Source of the DNA: an uncultured Sphingomonadaceae bacterium
GTDB taxonomy: Bacteria > Pseudomonadota > Alphaproteobacteria > Sphingomonadales > Sphingomonadaceae
Length of the DNA stretch: 53,544 nt
Direction of reading: 5' to 3'
NCBI GenBank assembly: GCA_964247265.1
Contig: CAXTTS010000001.1
Location: 1-53,544, forward strand
Both the position numbers and the translations under genes were made by a program. The notes under the pieces are model-generated. The model was not told where the DNA came from. It worked only from the letters and a program-made list of their open reading frames with translations, and ran no database searches. This document shows positions 27,228 to 36,938 of this stretch, piece by piece. Position 1 is the first letter of the stretch. Every line of letters starts with the position of its first letter.

Positions 27228-28030
27228 CGGACAGGTTGCAGGGCCGCACCGCATTGGTGACGGGCGGATTGCGCGGCATCGGCCTGGCGGTCGCCGAACG
27301 CTTCATCGCCGAGGGCGCCAGCGTGTGGTTGGCCGACCTGAAGGCGGCGGGCGACGGCGATGTCGCGGCGGTCGCGACGAAGCTCGGCAATCGCGCCAGC
27401 TACCTGAAGCTGGACGTGGCGCAGGAGGATGAGTGGCTATCCGCCCGCGCCGCGATCGAGGCGGCGGGATCGCCGATCGACATCCTCATCAACAATGCCG
27501 GCGTCGACGCGGTCGGCCCGGTCGAGACGATGGAGCTGGAGCGGTGGCGCCGGCTGATGAGCATCAACGTGGACGGGCTGTTCCTGGGCATCAAGACGTT
27601 CAAGACGATGCTGGAGGCGCAGGGCGCGAGGGTGAACGGCGGCGCCAGCATCGTCAACATGTCGTCGATCATGGGGCTGGTCGGCTATGCGCAGACATCC
27701 GCCTACAATACCAGCAAGGGCGCGGTGCGGCTGATGTCCAAGGCGCTGGCGATCGAGTTCGCGCAAGGCCGCGTACCGATCCGGGTCAATTCGCTGAACC
27801 CCGGGTTCGTCCAGACCCCGCTGCTCGACATCGGCATGCAACGCTGGGTGGACGAGGGCGCGGCGGAGAAGGCGCAGGATCTGGTCGACCAGCTCGCCGC
27901 CGCGACCCCGATGGGACGGATCGCGCGGGCCGAGGAGATCGCTGCCGCCGCTTTGTTCCTCGCCTGCGAGGATGCGAGCTATGTGACGGGCATCGAACTG
28001 CCGGTGGACGGCGGCTGGACCGCGCAATGA
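27224..28030 (+). CDS. SDR family oxidoreductase (cyclic alcohol/hydroxysteroid dehydrogenase-like)
   Basis: TGGLRGIG, NNAG, YNTSK, VDGGWTAQ. Confidence 0.92.
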   Translation: MTDRLQGRTALVTGGLRGIGLAVAERFIAEGASVWLADLKAAGDGDVAAVATKLGNRASYLKLDVAQEDEWLSARAAIEAAGSPIDILINNAGVDAVGPVETMELERWRRLMSINVDGLFLGIKTFKTMLEAQGARVNGGASIVNMSSIMGLVGYAQTSAYNTSKGAVRLMSKALAIEFAQGRVPIRVNSLNPGFVQTPLLDIGMQRWVDEGAAEKAQDLVDQLAAATPMGRIARAEEIAAAALFLACEDASYVTGIELPVDGGWTAQ

Positions 28031-28067
28031 TCCGGCGCTGGTCGCGCGCCGCGAAGAAGGGAACAGC

Positions 28068-28829
28068 ATGACCAACGCACTCGAAGGCTCGATCATCCTC
28101 GTCACCGGCGCCAGCGGCGGCATCGGCGCGGCGACCTGCGCCGCGATCCGCGCCGCCGGCGGCGAGGCGATCGCCACCGACGTGCGCGCGAGCGAGGGCG
28201 TGATCGCCCATGACGTTACGAGCGAGGACGACTGGAAGCGCATCGCCGACATGATCGGCGAGCGGCACGGCCGGCTCGACGGGCTGGTCAACAATGCCGG
28301 TTTCTCGATCGTCGAGCCGGTGGAGAGCAACTCGCTCGCCCTGTGGCGCAAGGTGCAGGCGATCAACGTGGAAAGCATCCTGATCGGGTTGCAGGCCACC
28401 CTGCCGCTGCTGCGGAAAAGCGGCGAGACGCGGCCGGGCGGCGCATCGGTGGTGAACTTCTCGTCGGTCGGCGGGCTTGCCGGTGCGGCGTTCAACTCGG
28501 CCTACTGCGCCAGCAAGGCGGCGGTGATGCTGTTCACCAAGTGCAGCGCGATGGAGTTCGCCGCGCTCGGCTACAACATCCGGGTGAATGCGATGCACCC
28601 GGGCGGGGTGGAGACGCCGATGATCGATTCGATCCTGCAGCGTTATGTCGAGGTGGGCGCCGCGCCCTCGCTGGAGGCGGCGCGGGCCGGCACGATCGCG
28701 GCGCACCCGATCGGCCGGATGGGCGAGCCGGCCGAGATCGCCAACGGCGTGGTGTTCATGCTTTCGACCGGCGCCAGCTTCATGACGGCATCGTCGATGG
28801 TGATCGACGGGGGCTTCACGGCGCATTGA
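28068..28829 (+). CDS. SDR family oxidoreductase
   Basis: TGASGGIG, NNAG, YCASK, IRVNAMHPG. Confidence 0.92.
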   Translation: MTNALEGSIILVTGASGGIGAATCAAIRAAGGEAIATDVRASEGVIAHDVTSEDDWKRIADMIGERHGRLDGLVNNAGFSIVEPVESNSLALWRKVQAINVESILIGLQATLPLLRKSGETRPGGASVVNFSSVGGLAGAAFNSAYCASKAAVMLFTKCSAMEFAALGYNIRVNAMHPGGVETPMIDSILQRYVEVGAAPSLEAARAGTIAAHPIGRMGEPAEIANGVVFMLSTGASFMTASSMVIDGGFTAH

Positions 28830-28873
28830 GGCCGGTGGCCGCTCCCCGTCGAAGGGAGCGGCCGGCCCGCGCG

Positions 28874-30052
28874 TCACATCACCGGCATCGGCTTGGAGGT
28901 GTCGCCGGCCAGATACCAGTCCACTACCTCGTGGAAGAACTGGTTGCCGCGCTCGTTCCTGCCGAACACGATATCCTTGTGCGCGTGCGCCTCCAGCCCC
29001 TTCTGGATCTGGAGGCCGATCACGTAATCCTCCTCATAGGTCACGTCGCGGAGGAAGTTTATCATCCCCTCCAGCTGCTCGCGGTCCGCCTCGTCGCGGG
29101 GCGCCTCGCGGCGGGCGTAGAGCAGGACGGTGCGGTTGCGATCCGGCGTCGGCCCGGGGAAAAGCTGGGCGATCTGAGCGATCTCCGGCGCGAGGAAGGC
29201 CGAGACGTTGGGAAAGAGGATGCGGACAAAATCATAGCCGTCATTCTCCTTGCTCGCCCATTGCTCGCGCGGGACGGACCTCAGTTTCTCGGCGATGCTC
29301 GTCTGGGCGAAGCCGATGCGCTGGTGCGGGCCGAACGATTCGTAATGCGTCAGGTTCGAATAGGTGCGCGGGTGGATCGTCTGCGGGTGCAGCGTGGCGA
29401 AATGATAGCCTTCGAGATAGCCGTCATAGGCCACCTTCCAGTTGGCGCCGACGATCTCGCGCGCGCCGAGAAAGGTCCAGTTCTTGAGATCCTGATCCTC
29501 GAAATCGTCGAGCATTCCCTTGAAGAAGCCATCCACATCGATCGGCACGCCGGGGGTGAGCACGACGAAGATCATGCCGCCCTTCTCCACGCACGACAAA
29601 GCCGTGAGGCCGCGGGTGGATTTGTCGATGTCGCCGAACTTGGCGCGATCGGCGATGGCGAGCAGCTTGCCATCCAGCCCGAAGCTCCACGCATGATAGG
29701 GGCAGACGAGCCGCGCGCATTTGCCGTGCCCGTCGTTCAGCACCACCGGCGCGCCGCGATGCGAGCAGACGTTGAGGAAGGCATGCGCCTCCCCCTGCTT
29801 GTCGCGGGTGATGAGGACGGGCAGGCCCATCGCGTCCATCGCCTTGTAGGTGCCGGGTTCCGGCAGCTCGCACGACAGCGCCAGCATCAGCGGCAGGCGC
29901 TTGAAGATGACATCCATCTCCTTCTGCCAGATCGCCGGATCGGTGTAGGCGCTGGTGGGGACGGTGGCGATCTTCTCGCTCTGGAACGTCTCGTCCCGCT
30001 CCGCATAATCGAGCAGAATTTCGGCGACGTCACCATGATCGGCGCGATCCAT
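28874..30052 (-). CDS. Rieske non-heme iron oxygenase alpha subunit
   Basis: NVCSHRG...CPYHAW; NWK...EGYHFATLH; EED. Start 30052 (SD GAAGAGG) or 30061. Confidence 0.92.
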   Translation of the reverse strand: MDRADHGDVAEILLDYAERDETFQSEKIATVPTSAYTDPAIWQKEMDVIFKRLPLMLALSCELPEPGTYKAMDAMGLPVLITRDKQGEAHAFLNVCSHRGAPVVLNDGHGKCARLVCPYHAWSFGLDGKLLAIADRAKFGDIDKSTRGLTALSCVEKGGMIFVVLTPGVPIDVDGFFKGMLDDFEDQDLKNWTFLGAREIVGANWKVAYDGYLEGYHFATLHPQTIHPRTYSNLTHYESFGPHQRIGFAQTSIAEKLRSVPREQWASKENDGYDFVRILFPNVSAFLAPEIAQIAQLFPGPTPDRNRTVLLYARREAPRDEADREQLEGMINFLRDVTYEEDYVIGLQIQKGLEAHAHKDIVFGRNERGNQFFHEVVDWYLAGDTSKPMPVM

Positions 30053-30147
30053 GAGCCACATCCTCTTCGTATGGAACAGTTGTTGTACGGCGGCACTAGC
30101 ATAACCGCGCGGATATGGAGGGGCTAAATCGCGCGCGCCGGGCTGTC

Positions 30148-30167
30148 ACCTGCAACCAGTGACAGGT
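30148..30167. promoter_or_regulatory. Lux-box-like operator between divergent Rieske and CoA ligase genes
   Basis: ACCTGCAACCAGTGACAGGT = ACCTG-N10-CAGGT, the same ends as the V. fischeri lux box; overlapped by a CTGTCAC/GTGACAG inverted repeat. Confidence 0.55.
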
Positions 30168-30228
30168 CGGGCGTAAACCTAACAGAATGTCGCATTGCAT
30201 GAGGGCCGTCGCCCGTCATGGTCGCGGC

Positions 30229-31887
30229 ATGAGCCAGATCGCCGCCGCCCCGCCCCGCCATCATGCCTGGGACTGGCTGACGCCGCCGGCCGAGCATCAC
30301 CGCCGCTACCGCGCTGCCGGCCTGTGGGAGGATCGCACGATCGGCGACCGCGCGCGGGCCTGGGCGGAGCGGGCGCCGGATGCGATCGTGTTCCCCGGCG
30401 TGTTTCCCGGCGATCCGGCGCCGACCTATGCCGGGCTGCTGGCGGATGCGGAGGCGCTCGCCGTGTCGTTCGGCGATCTCGGCCTCGTCGCGGGCGACGT
30501 GGTGAGTTTCCAGACGCCAAACTGGGTGGAAGCGGCGGTCATCAACGTGGCGTGCGCGCTGGCCGGGCTCGTCATCAATCCGATCGTCATCATCTACCGC
30601 GATGCGGAAGTGCGGCACATGATGGCGGACAGCCGCAGCCGCCTGCTGTTCATTGCCGAGACGTTTCGCGGCACCGATTTCGCCGAGATGGCGGAACGGT
30701 TGCGCCCGGACCTGCCGGACATGGCCCACGTCGCCACCGTGCGCGGCACGCGCGGCGGGCTGGATTATGCGGCGCTGGTGGAGGCGGGGCGCGGGCGGAC
30801 GTTGGCCACCGGGCGCATCAATCCGGACAAGGTGAAGATGCTGCTCTACACGTCGGGCACCACCGGCAAGCCCAAGGGCGTGCTGCACAGCCACAACACG
30901 CTGGCCCGCGCGGTGTTCGCCTGCACCCGGCACTGGGGCATCCGCGAGGGCGACGCGATGCTGATGCCCTCCCCCGTCACCCATGTGAGCGGCTATTCGA
31001 ACGGGCTGGAGCTGCCTTTCCTCTCCGGCACGCGAACCGTGCTGATGGAAAGCTGGAATGCGGACGAGGCGCTGAGCCTGATCGTGCGCCACGATGTCGT
31101 CGGCACCGTCGCCGCGACGCCGTTCCTTCAGGAGCTGGCGATCAAGGCCCGGGCGGCGGGCACGACCCTGCCATCCTTCCGCTTCTTCGCGTGCGGCGGC
31201 GCCGCTGTGCCGCCGGAGGTGGTGCGGACCGCCAATGCCGCCTTCGCCCAACCCGCCGCCTTTCGCGTCTATGGCAGTTCGGAGGTGCCGCTGGTGACGC
31301 TCGGCTGGCCGCATGACGGCGAGCTGGCGGCGACGACCGACGGCGAGATCATCGACTATGACGTGCGCTTCCTCGACGATGCCGGGCGCGACGTGACGAC
31401 GGGCGAAGAGGGCGAGATCGTGGCGCGCGGGCCGGCGATGTTCATGGGCTATGCCGACGAAGCGCAGACCCGCGAGGCGCTGACCGAGGATGGCTATTTC
31501 CGCACCGGCGATCTCGGCCGGCTGACGGCCGACGGCGCGCTGCTGATTACCGGGCGCAAGAAGGACCTCATCATCCGGGGTGGCGAGAATATCAGCGCCA
31601 AGGAGATCGAGGACGTGCTCCACCTCCATCCCGAGATCGCGGAGGCGGCGGTCGTCGCGATGCCGCATCCGCGGCTGGGCGAGGGGATCTGCGCCTTCCT
31701 GATCGCGCGGGGGGAGGCATCGCCCGACCATGCCGCGATCGGCGCGTTCGTCGGCGAGCATGGCCTGGCCAAGCAGAAGCGGCCCGAGCGGATCGAGTTC
31801 GTCGCCGACTTCCCGCGCACCGCATCGGGAAAGGTACGCAAGGACCGGCTGCGCGCGATCATCAAGGCGCTGGTCGAGGGGGAGTAG
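30229..31887 (+). CDS. AMP-binding acyl-CoA ligase (cyclohexanecarboxylate-CoA ligase-like)
   Basis: YTSGTTGKPKG, YGSSE, FRTGDLG, GRKKDLIIRGGENIS, PRTASGKV. Confidence 0.9.
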   Translation: MSQIAAAPPRHHAWDWLTPPAEHHRRYRAAGLWEDRTIGDRARAWAERAPDAIVFPGVFPGDPAPTYAGLLADAEALAVSFGDLGLVAGDVVSFQTPNWVEAAVINVACALAGLVINPIVIIYRDAEVRHMMADSRSRLLFIAETFRGTDFAEMAERLRPDLPDMAHVATVRGTRGGLDYAALVEAGRGRTLATGRINPDKVKMLLYTSGTTGKPKGVLHSHNTLARAVFACTRHWGIREGDAMLMPSPVTHVSGYSNGLELPFLSGTRTVLMESWNADEALSLIVRHDVVGTVAATPFLQELAIKARAAGTTLPSFRFFACGGAAVPPEVVRTANAAFAQPAAFRVYGSSEVPLVTLGWPHDGELAATTDGEIIDYDVRFLDDAGRDVTTGEEGEIVARGPAMFMGYADEAQTREALTEDGYFRTGDLGRLTADGALLITGRKKDLIIRGGENISAKEIEDVLHLHPEIAEAAVVAMPHPRLGEGICAFLIARGEASPDHAAIGAFVGEHGLAKQKRPERIEFVADFPRTASGKVRKDRLRAIIKALVEGE

Positions 31888-31914
31888 CGGCGGCCCTGGG
31901 GTCGCCCCCACTTT

Positions 31915-32005
31915 CGTCATGCTGAACTTGTTTCAGCATCCACCGGGTTCGATCAACGGGTCATGCGTGGCGAGCGGTGGATCCTGAAACGCGTTCAGGA
32001 TGACG
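31915..32005. repeat. REP-like palindromic element made of two inverted ~30-bp units
   Basis: CGTCATGCTGAACTTGTTTCAGCATCCACC ... GGTGGATCCTGAAACGCGTTCAGGATGACG; 26/30 inverted match; each arm is itself a hairpin; sits between convergent genes. Confidence 0.8.
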
Positions 32006-32018
32006 ATCGCGTGCTGCC

Positions 32019-32816
32019 TCAATCCGCGAAGCTGGCGAGGAACTGACGGGTGCGCTGAGCCACCGCCTTGGCGCGCTCGCCGGCATCGGGGTAGCCATCG
32101 CGCAGCGCCTTGGAGCGCAGTTCGATGCTGAGCGGCAGGCCGGCGGGCAGCGCCTGCAACAGGCCCGCCAGCGGCAGCGCGCCCTCGCCGGTTTGCAGGC
32201 GAAGATCGATCGCCTCGGTGATGATCGCGTCGAAATCGTTCGGGTCCGGGCCGACGGCCACGGCATCGCAAATCTGGGCGTAGGGCAGCAGGTCACGCGG
32301 GACGGCCACGACGTCCGCCGGCGTTCCGCCCGAACGCGACAGATGCAGCGGATCGACCAGCAGGGCCGCCGCCGGATGCTGGACCGCCGCGATCACCGCC
32401 AGCGCCTCCTGGATGGTGCGGACGTTGGTAAACATGCCGAACTCGAGCGCGATCCGCAGGCCGCGCTCGCCGCCATGCCGGCAGAGCGCGGCGAATTTGG
32501 CGGCGGTGGCGCCGGCATCCGGATCGGAGCTGACGACGAGCACATTCGCCGCGCCGAGTTCAGCGCCGATATCGAGGATGCGCAGGTGATCGGGATCGAG
32601 CGGGCCGGGCTTGATCCACACCACCTCGACGTCGAGTAGCGGCAGGCCACTATCGGCGAGCCGCGCCTTGGCCGCGCGCGTGGTGGCGTCGGTCCAGTCG
32701 GCCGGTTCGATCCAAAGGCCGACGGCATCGAAGCCGCCTTGCACCGCCGCATCGATCGTCTCGACCGGGCCGCATTCCGGCACGATGCCGGAGGCGAGCG
32801 AGATGGAGTGGCTCAT
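32019..32816 (-). CDS. Sugar phosphate isomerase/epimerase family TIM-barrel protein
   Basis: GFDAVGLW, IALEF, LVDPLHLSRSGG, QICDA, RLQTGEG, SIE metal-site pattern. Confidence 0.82.
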   Translation of the reverse strand: MSHSISLASGIVPECGPVETIDAAVQGGFDAVGLWIEPADWTDATTRAAKARLADSGLPLLDVEVVWIKPGPLDPDHLRILDIGAELGAANVLVVSSDPDAGATAAKFAALCRHGGERGLRIALEFGMFTNVRTIQEALAVIAAVQHPAAALLVDPLHLSRSGGTPADVVAVPRDLLPYAQICDAVAVGPDPNDFDAIITEAIDLRLQTGEGALPLAGLLQALPAGLPLSIELRSKALRDGYPDAGERAKAVAQRTRQFLASFAD

Positions 32817-33661
32817 GCGGTGGCGCCGGTTGCTTCGGAAGTCGCGGCCGGGGTGCCGGCCGCCGCCATGATCGCCGCCTGCGTCTCCTCGCGCGTGGGA
32901 TTGCGGCGGAGGGTGAGGCCGCCATTCACCTGGAGGTTCTCGCCCGTCATGAAACATTCGTCGGAGGCGAGGAACACGGCCGCGGCGGCGATATCGTCCG
33001 ACGTTCCGATGCGGCCAAGCGGATAGCCCTTGAGGAAGCTTTCGGTGAGGCCCGGCACCGCCATGTGGCCAGAAGTCATCGGCGATTCGGTCAACCCCGG
33101 CGAGATCGAGTTGGCGCGGATGCCGTTGACACCGAACTCGTGCGCCACCACGCGGATAATGTGATCGGTGCCGGCCTTGGCGCCCATATAGGCGGCATGG
33201 TCGTTCAGCATTATCTTCGCCGTGGCGGACGAGATCTGGATGATCGATCCGCCGCGCCCGCCCGCCTTGTTGTCCATCGCCGCGATCATCGCCTGCATGA
33301 ACAGGAACGGCCCCTTGAACTGGAGCGCGCTCATCTCGTCGAATTCGGCCTCGGTGGTTTCCTGAAAGCCCTTCAGCAGGCCCCAGCCGGTCGCGTTCAG
33401 GGCGATGTCGAGATAGCCGTATTTCTGCTTGGCGAAGGCGGCGGCCGCGACCAGATCGGCCTTGCTGGTAATGTCCACCCTGGCCGCCGCGCCGCCGATC
33501 TCGGCGGCGAAGCGTTCCAGCTCGTCCATCCGGCGGCCCGCCACGATCACCGTCGCTCCTTCGGCGGTGAAGCGGCGGGCGATCGTCTGGCCCATATTGC
33601 CCTTGCCGGCCGCACCGACGACGAGCGCGATCTTGCCTTCCAGCCGCCCGCCCACGCTCAA
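32813..33661 (-). CDS. SDR family oxidoreductase with an atypical Gly loop
   Basis: VGAAGKGNMG, YMGAK, IRANSISPG, VNGG; TTG start overlapping the Rieske stop. Confidence 0.88.
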   Translation of the reverse strand: MSVGGRLEGKIALVVGAAGKGNMGQTIARRFTAEGATVIVAGRRMDELERFAAEIGGAAARVDITSKADLVAAAAFAKQKYGYLDIALNATGWGLLKGFQETTEAEFDEMSALQFKGPFLFMQAMIAAMDNKAGGRGGSIIQISSATAKIMLNDHAAYMGAKAGTDHIIRVVAHEFGVNGIRANSISPGLTESPMTSGHMAVPGLTESFLKGYPLGRIGTSDDIAAAAVFLASDECFMTGENLQVNGGLTLRRNPTREETQAAIMAAAGTPAATSEATGATA

Positions 33662-34965
33662 TGCCCGACCGCGTCGTTGAGCAGTTCGTGGAAACGCTGG
33701 ATGCGCTTCTCCTGCCCGGAGATCACGCCGCCGGTATAGCCGCGCGAGTGGAGGCCCTGCTGCTGGCCGATCGCGATCGACATGTCCTGATCGGCGACGA
33801 AGCCGAGCGACTTCTCGCCGTAGATCACGATCTCCTTCTCGTTATCGCCATACGGCACGGTGCCGACCGGTGTGACGACCTCGTGCCGTCCCTCGACCGG
33901 CGGCATCAGATACCAATGCTGGAAGATGCACTTCTCCGGATCGGTCGGGTGCGGTTCGGAGCGCAGCACCTGGAAGCCGTCGGGACTCATCGTCAGCGTC
34001 AGGTTCGGCCAGAGCGTATAGTGATAATAATCGGTCAGCTGGCTGTCCGTCATCGTATCGTGGTGCCGGAAGCCGCGCTCCTTGCCGAGCGTGCGCTTCT
34101 GCTGCTGGAGGGCGAGCCGAGCCTCGCGCGCACGGCCCTGGAACAGCGTGGGATCGAGGCCCCAGTCGGCCAGCACCGCCGCCAGATCCGGCTCCACCGC
34201 ATCGGGCAGATCGAGTCGGCCGGATGGCTGGCACCCCTTCTGCACCATGCGGTTATGCCCGCTCGGATACATTTCGAAGCTGGTGTCGGTATAATCGTCG
34301 TCGATGAAGGTCGCCAGTTCCGGGTGGAGCGTCGGCAGGTGGTAGCTTTCGTTGAAATTGTCGCGGATGATCTTCCAGTTGCAGTCGATCACCGCCTCCA
34401 CATAGAGGACACGCTTCATTGTCTCCATCTGGTAGTTCTTCAGCTGATCGGGCAAGGGCGCCAGCCACTCCTCGAGCGGCTTGCACCCCTGATCCATATT
34501 GTACCAGGCGAAACCGCCCCAGGTGGCGCAGCGTATCTCGACCAGTTTCACCTTGCCGCACGGATTGCCGCCGGGGAAATCCTCGGCATCCTGCGCATGG
34601 ACCAGCACGCCGTCCTTGCCCCATTGCCAGCCATGATAGGAGCAGGTGACGACATCGCCGCCGCCGATCTCCGACCAGACGAGGCGATTGCCGCGGTGAC
34701 GGCAGGCATTGTAGAAGGCGCGGACGCTGCCGTCGTCCTGCAGGATCATGATGACGGATTCGCGCATGAAATTGTGGACGAGATAGTCGCCCGGCTCCTG
34801 CAGATCGTTCATCAGGCCGCCGACGTGCCAGATGCGCGTCCAGAGGCCGTTCCACTCCTTGTCCATCCACTCCTTGGCGTAATAGCGATCGCCGGTGATC
34901 GCATCGCCGCGGATCGGCGGATCATATTCGGCGAGACGCTTTCCCATGAAGGTTTCGACGGTCAT
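33658..34965 (-). CDS. Rieske non-heme iron oxygenase alpha subunit
   Basis: NACRHRG...CSYHGW; NWK...DNFNESYHLPTLH; DQD. Confidence 0.92.
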   Translation of the reverse strand: MTVETFMGKRLAEYDPPIRGDAITGDRYYAKEWMDKEWNGLWTRIWHVGGLMNDLQEPGDYLVHNFMRESVIMILQDDGSVRAFYNACRHRGNRLVWSEIGGGDVVTCSYHGWQWGKDGVLVHAQDAEDFPGGNPCGKVKLVEIRCATWGGFAWYNMDQGCKPLEEWLAPLPDQLKNYQMETMKRVLYVEAVIDCNWKIIRDNFNESYHLPTLHPELATFIDDDYTDTSFEMYPSGHNRMVQKGCQPSGRLDLPDAVEPDLAAVLADWGLDPTLFQGRAREARLALQQQKRTLGKERGFRHHDTMTDSQLTDYYHYTLWPNLTLTMSPDGFQVLRSEPHPTDPEKCIFQHWYLMPPVEGRHEVVTPVGTVPYGDNEKEIVIYGEKSLGFVADQDMSIAIGQQQGLHSRGYTGGVISGQEKRIQRFHELLNDAVGH

Positions 34966-35053
34966 CGGCCGGTCTCCTGTGGCAAGCGAGCCCTGCGGGC
35001 CTGCTCCTTTTAACGGTTGTGCCTTGCCCTATCACGGCGCGCACGACCGCGCG

Positions 35054-35076
35054 CATTCCCAAAAGTGACAGGTCGG
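35054..35076. promoter_or_regulatory. Operator-like site upstream of the third Rieske gene
   Basis: Contains AGTGACAGGTCGG, identical to 30158-30170, in the same orientation and at a similar distance (~100-120 bp) from a minus-strand Rieske start. Confidence 0.5.
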
Positions 35077-35083
35077 CCGGCGA

Positions 35084-35632
35084 TCAGTCCGGGTAGGCGC
35101 GGATCATGCTGAAATCGGCCGCGCCGCGCGCACCCAACGCACCCTGCGGCAGGCCCGCCTGCGCGAGGAAGCTGTCGCTCGCGGGATCGGTTCGCGCCCA
35201 GTCGATCAGCTCCTTGCGTTTGGCGATGCGCCACTCGCCGTCGCGGCATTCGTAGCGATCGATGTAGCGGCCGGCGACGAACAGATCCTTTTCGACGCCA
35301 TCCTCGGTGAGGCGATGCTGGGCGAGGAAGTAGATCTCCCCATGCGCCACCGCGCCGTCGACCTGGATATCCATCTGACCGGTGAGGTGCTGGCTGGACG
35401 TGAAGTCGCCGAGAAAGCCTTGGGCGAAATCGACGAACTCTGTGGCGGGGCCGGCCATCAGCCCGCAATCATCCCAGGCATCGTCGTGGAAGGCGCTGCG
35501 CTGAAGATCGGGCAACAGCCGATCCTGCCCGCGCATGTAGCGGAAATGCGCGGCCTGAATATCCCGCCGCGCGCACAGATCGCGCACCTCGGCCTCCAGA
35601 TCGAACGGCCTGGCTTCGCTCATCCCGCTCAC
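35084..35632 (-). CDS. SnoaL/NTF2-like family protein
   Basis: RDI...YMRGQDR...FHDDA...H...GRYIDRYECRDGEWRIAKR. Confidence 0.85.
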   Translation of the reverse strand: MSGMSEARPFDLEAEVRDLCARRDIQAAHFRYMRGQDRLLPDLQRSAFHDDAWDDCGLMAGPATEFVDFAQGFLGDFTSSQHLTGQMDIQVDGAVAHGEIYFLAQHRLTEDGVEKDLFVAGRYIDRYECRDGEWRIAKRKELIDWARTDPASDSFLAQAGLPQGALGARGAADFSMIRAYPD

Positions 35633-36375
35633 CCCATCGTCTCGCCATTGTCGATCACGATCTGGGTGCCGGTGATCTGCCGCGATTCATCGGAGGCGAG
35701 GAACAATACGAGGTTCGCCACATCCTCCGGCCTGCCCTGGCCGTGGCCTCGTACCTGGTCCAGCCCGGCGGAGTCCGCCGGCAGCAGCGCGAGCGCCGAC
35801 GCCGTCATCGGGGTATCGTGCGCGCCCGGCACCAGCACGTTGCAGCGGATATGGTAGCCCTGTTCCTGGCAGTGGATCGCGATGCTGCGGCTCATCGCGA
35901 CGATCGCGCCCTTGGCGGCGCTGTAGGCGACGATCGTGCTGACGCCCTTCGTGGCCGCGACGGACGCCATGTTGACGATCGATCCGCCGCCGCCCTGTGC
36001 CATCGCCGGGATGACATGCTTGCAGCCGAGGAACGTGCCCTCCGCCATCACCGCATGGTGCAGGCGGAAATCGGCCAGCGTGCAATCCTCGACGCTGGCG
36101 AACTTCACCAGCCCGGCATTGTTGACCAGCACGTCGACACGGCTGAAGCGGGCCATCGTCTCGGCCACCACCTCGGCCCAGCGCGCCTCGTCCGTCACGT
36201 CGTGCGCGAGCGCCAGCGCGCCGGGGATCGCCGCCGCCACCGCTTCCACCGCCGGGCCGTTCACGTCGGTCAGCACGACATGGGCGCCCTCTTCGGCCAG
36301 CCGCCGCGCATCGGCCGCGCCCAGGCCGGAGCCGGCGCCCGTGACGATGCACACCTTGCCTTCGGCGCGTCCCAT
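35629..36375 (-). CDS. SDR family oxidoreductase (3beta/17beta-HSD-like)
   Basis: TGAGSGLG, NNAG, YSAAK, IRCNVLVPG. Confidence 0.9.
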   Translation of the reverse strand: MGRAEGKVCIVTGAGSGLGAADARRLAEEGAHVVLTDVNGPAVEAVAAAIPGALALAHDVTDEARWAEVVAETMARFSRVDVLVNNAGLVKFASVEDCTLADFRLHHAVMAEGTFLGCKHVIPAMAQGGGGSIVNMASVAATKGVSTIVAYSAAKGAIVAMSRSIAIHCQEQGYHIRCNVLVPGAHDTPMTASALALLPADSAGLDQVRGHGQGRPEDVANLVLFLASDESRQITGTQIVIDNGETMG

Positions 36376-36537
36376 GATCTCTCCTGCGGAATGTCCGGTC
36401 TGCACGGCAGGATGGCGGCGATGACCGGCGTGCACACCTAGCCTTTGCGCGGATTGGCACTCGCCCAAATCGATCGGTAGCGGCTATGCGTGGGCAGAAG
36501 CGCCGACCGCGCGCGCCATCCAGGACCGGAACCTACC

Positions 36538-36894
36538 ATGAGCGAGACCTATCACCGCGCCTGTGCCGAGGCCGATCTCGGCGACAACAAGGCCATCGGC
36601 CTCGTGCTGAACGGGTGGCCGGTGGCGGTCTGCCGCGCGGACGGCAAGATCATGGCGGTGATCGACAAATGCACCCACGCGAGCGCCGAGCTGAGCACCG
36701 GGCGGGTGCGGCGCGGATCGATCATGTGCCCGCTGCACGGCGCGCGGTTCGAGCTGGCCAGCGGCAAGTGCATCGGCGGCGCCTACCGCCCGCTCAAGAC
36801 GTTCGCGCACCGCATCGTCGATGGCTGGATCGAGGTGGCGGTGCCCGAGGAAGCGCCGGGCGCCGAGCATCAGCCGGTCCGCAAGCCCGCCTGA
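36538..36894 (+). CDS. Rieske-type [2Fe-2S] ferredoxin
   Basis: KCTH...CPLHGARF; ~118 aa. Confidence 0.9.
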   Translation: MSETYHRACAEADLGDNKAIGLVLNGWPVAVCRADGKIMAVIDKCTHASAELSTGRVRRGSIMCPLHGARFELASGKCIGGAYRPLKTFAHRIVDGWIEVAVPEEAPGAEHQPVRKPA

Positions 36895-36938
36895 TCGCCC
36901 TGCTGCAAAACGCGCGTTCACTGTGGCGCGCAAGCAAC

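Noticed and set aside
28343-31920. Long ORFs 28343-30127 (+) and 30124-31920 (-)
   Set aside because: Shadow or antisense frames of the SDR, Rieske and CoA ligase genes, with no recognisable motifs.
31915-32005. Possible CRISPR repeat or IS end
   Set aside because: Only two units, inverted rather than direct, with no cas or transposase gene nearby; treated as REP-like.
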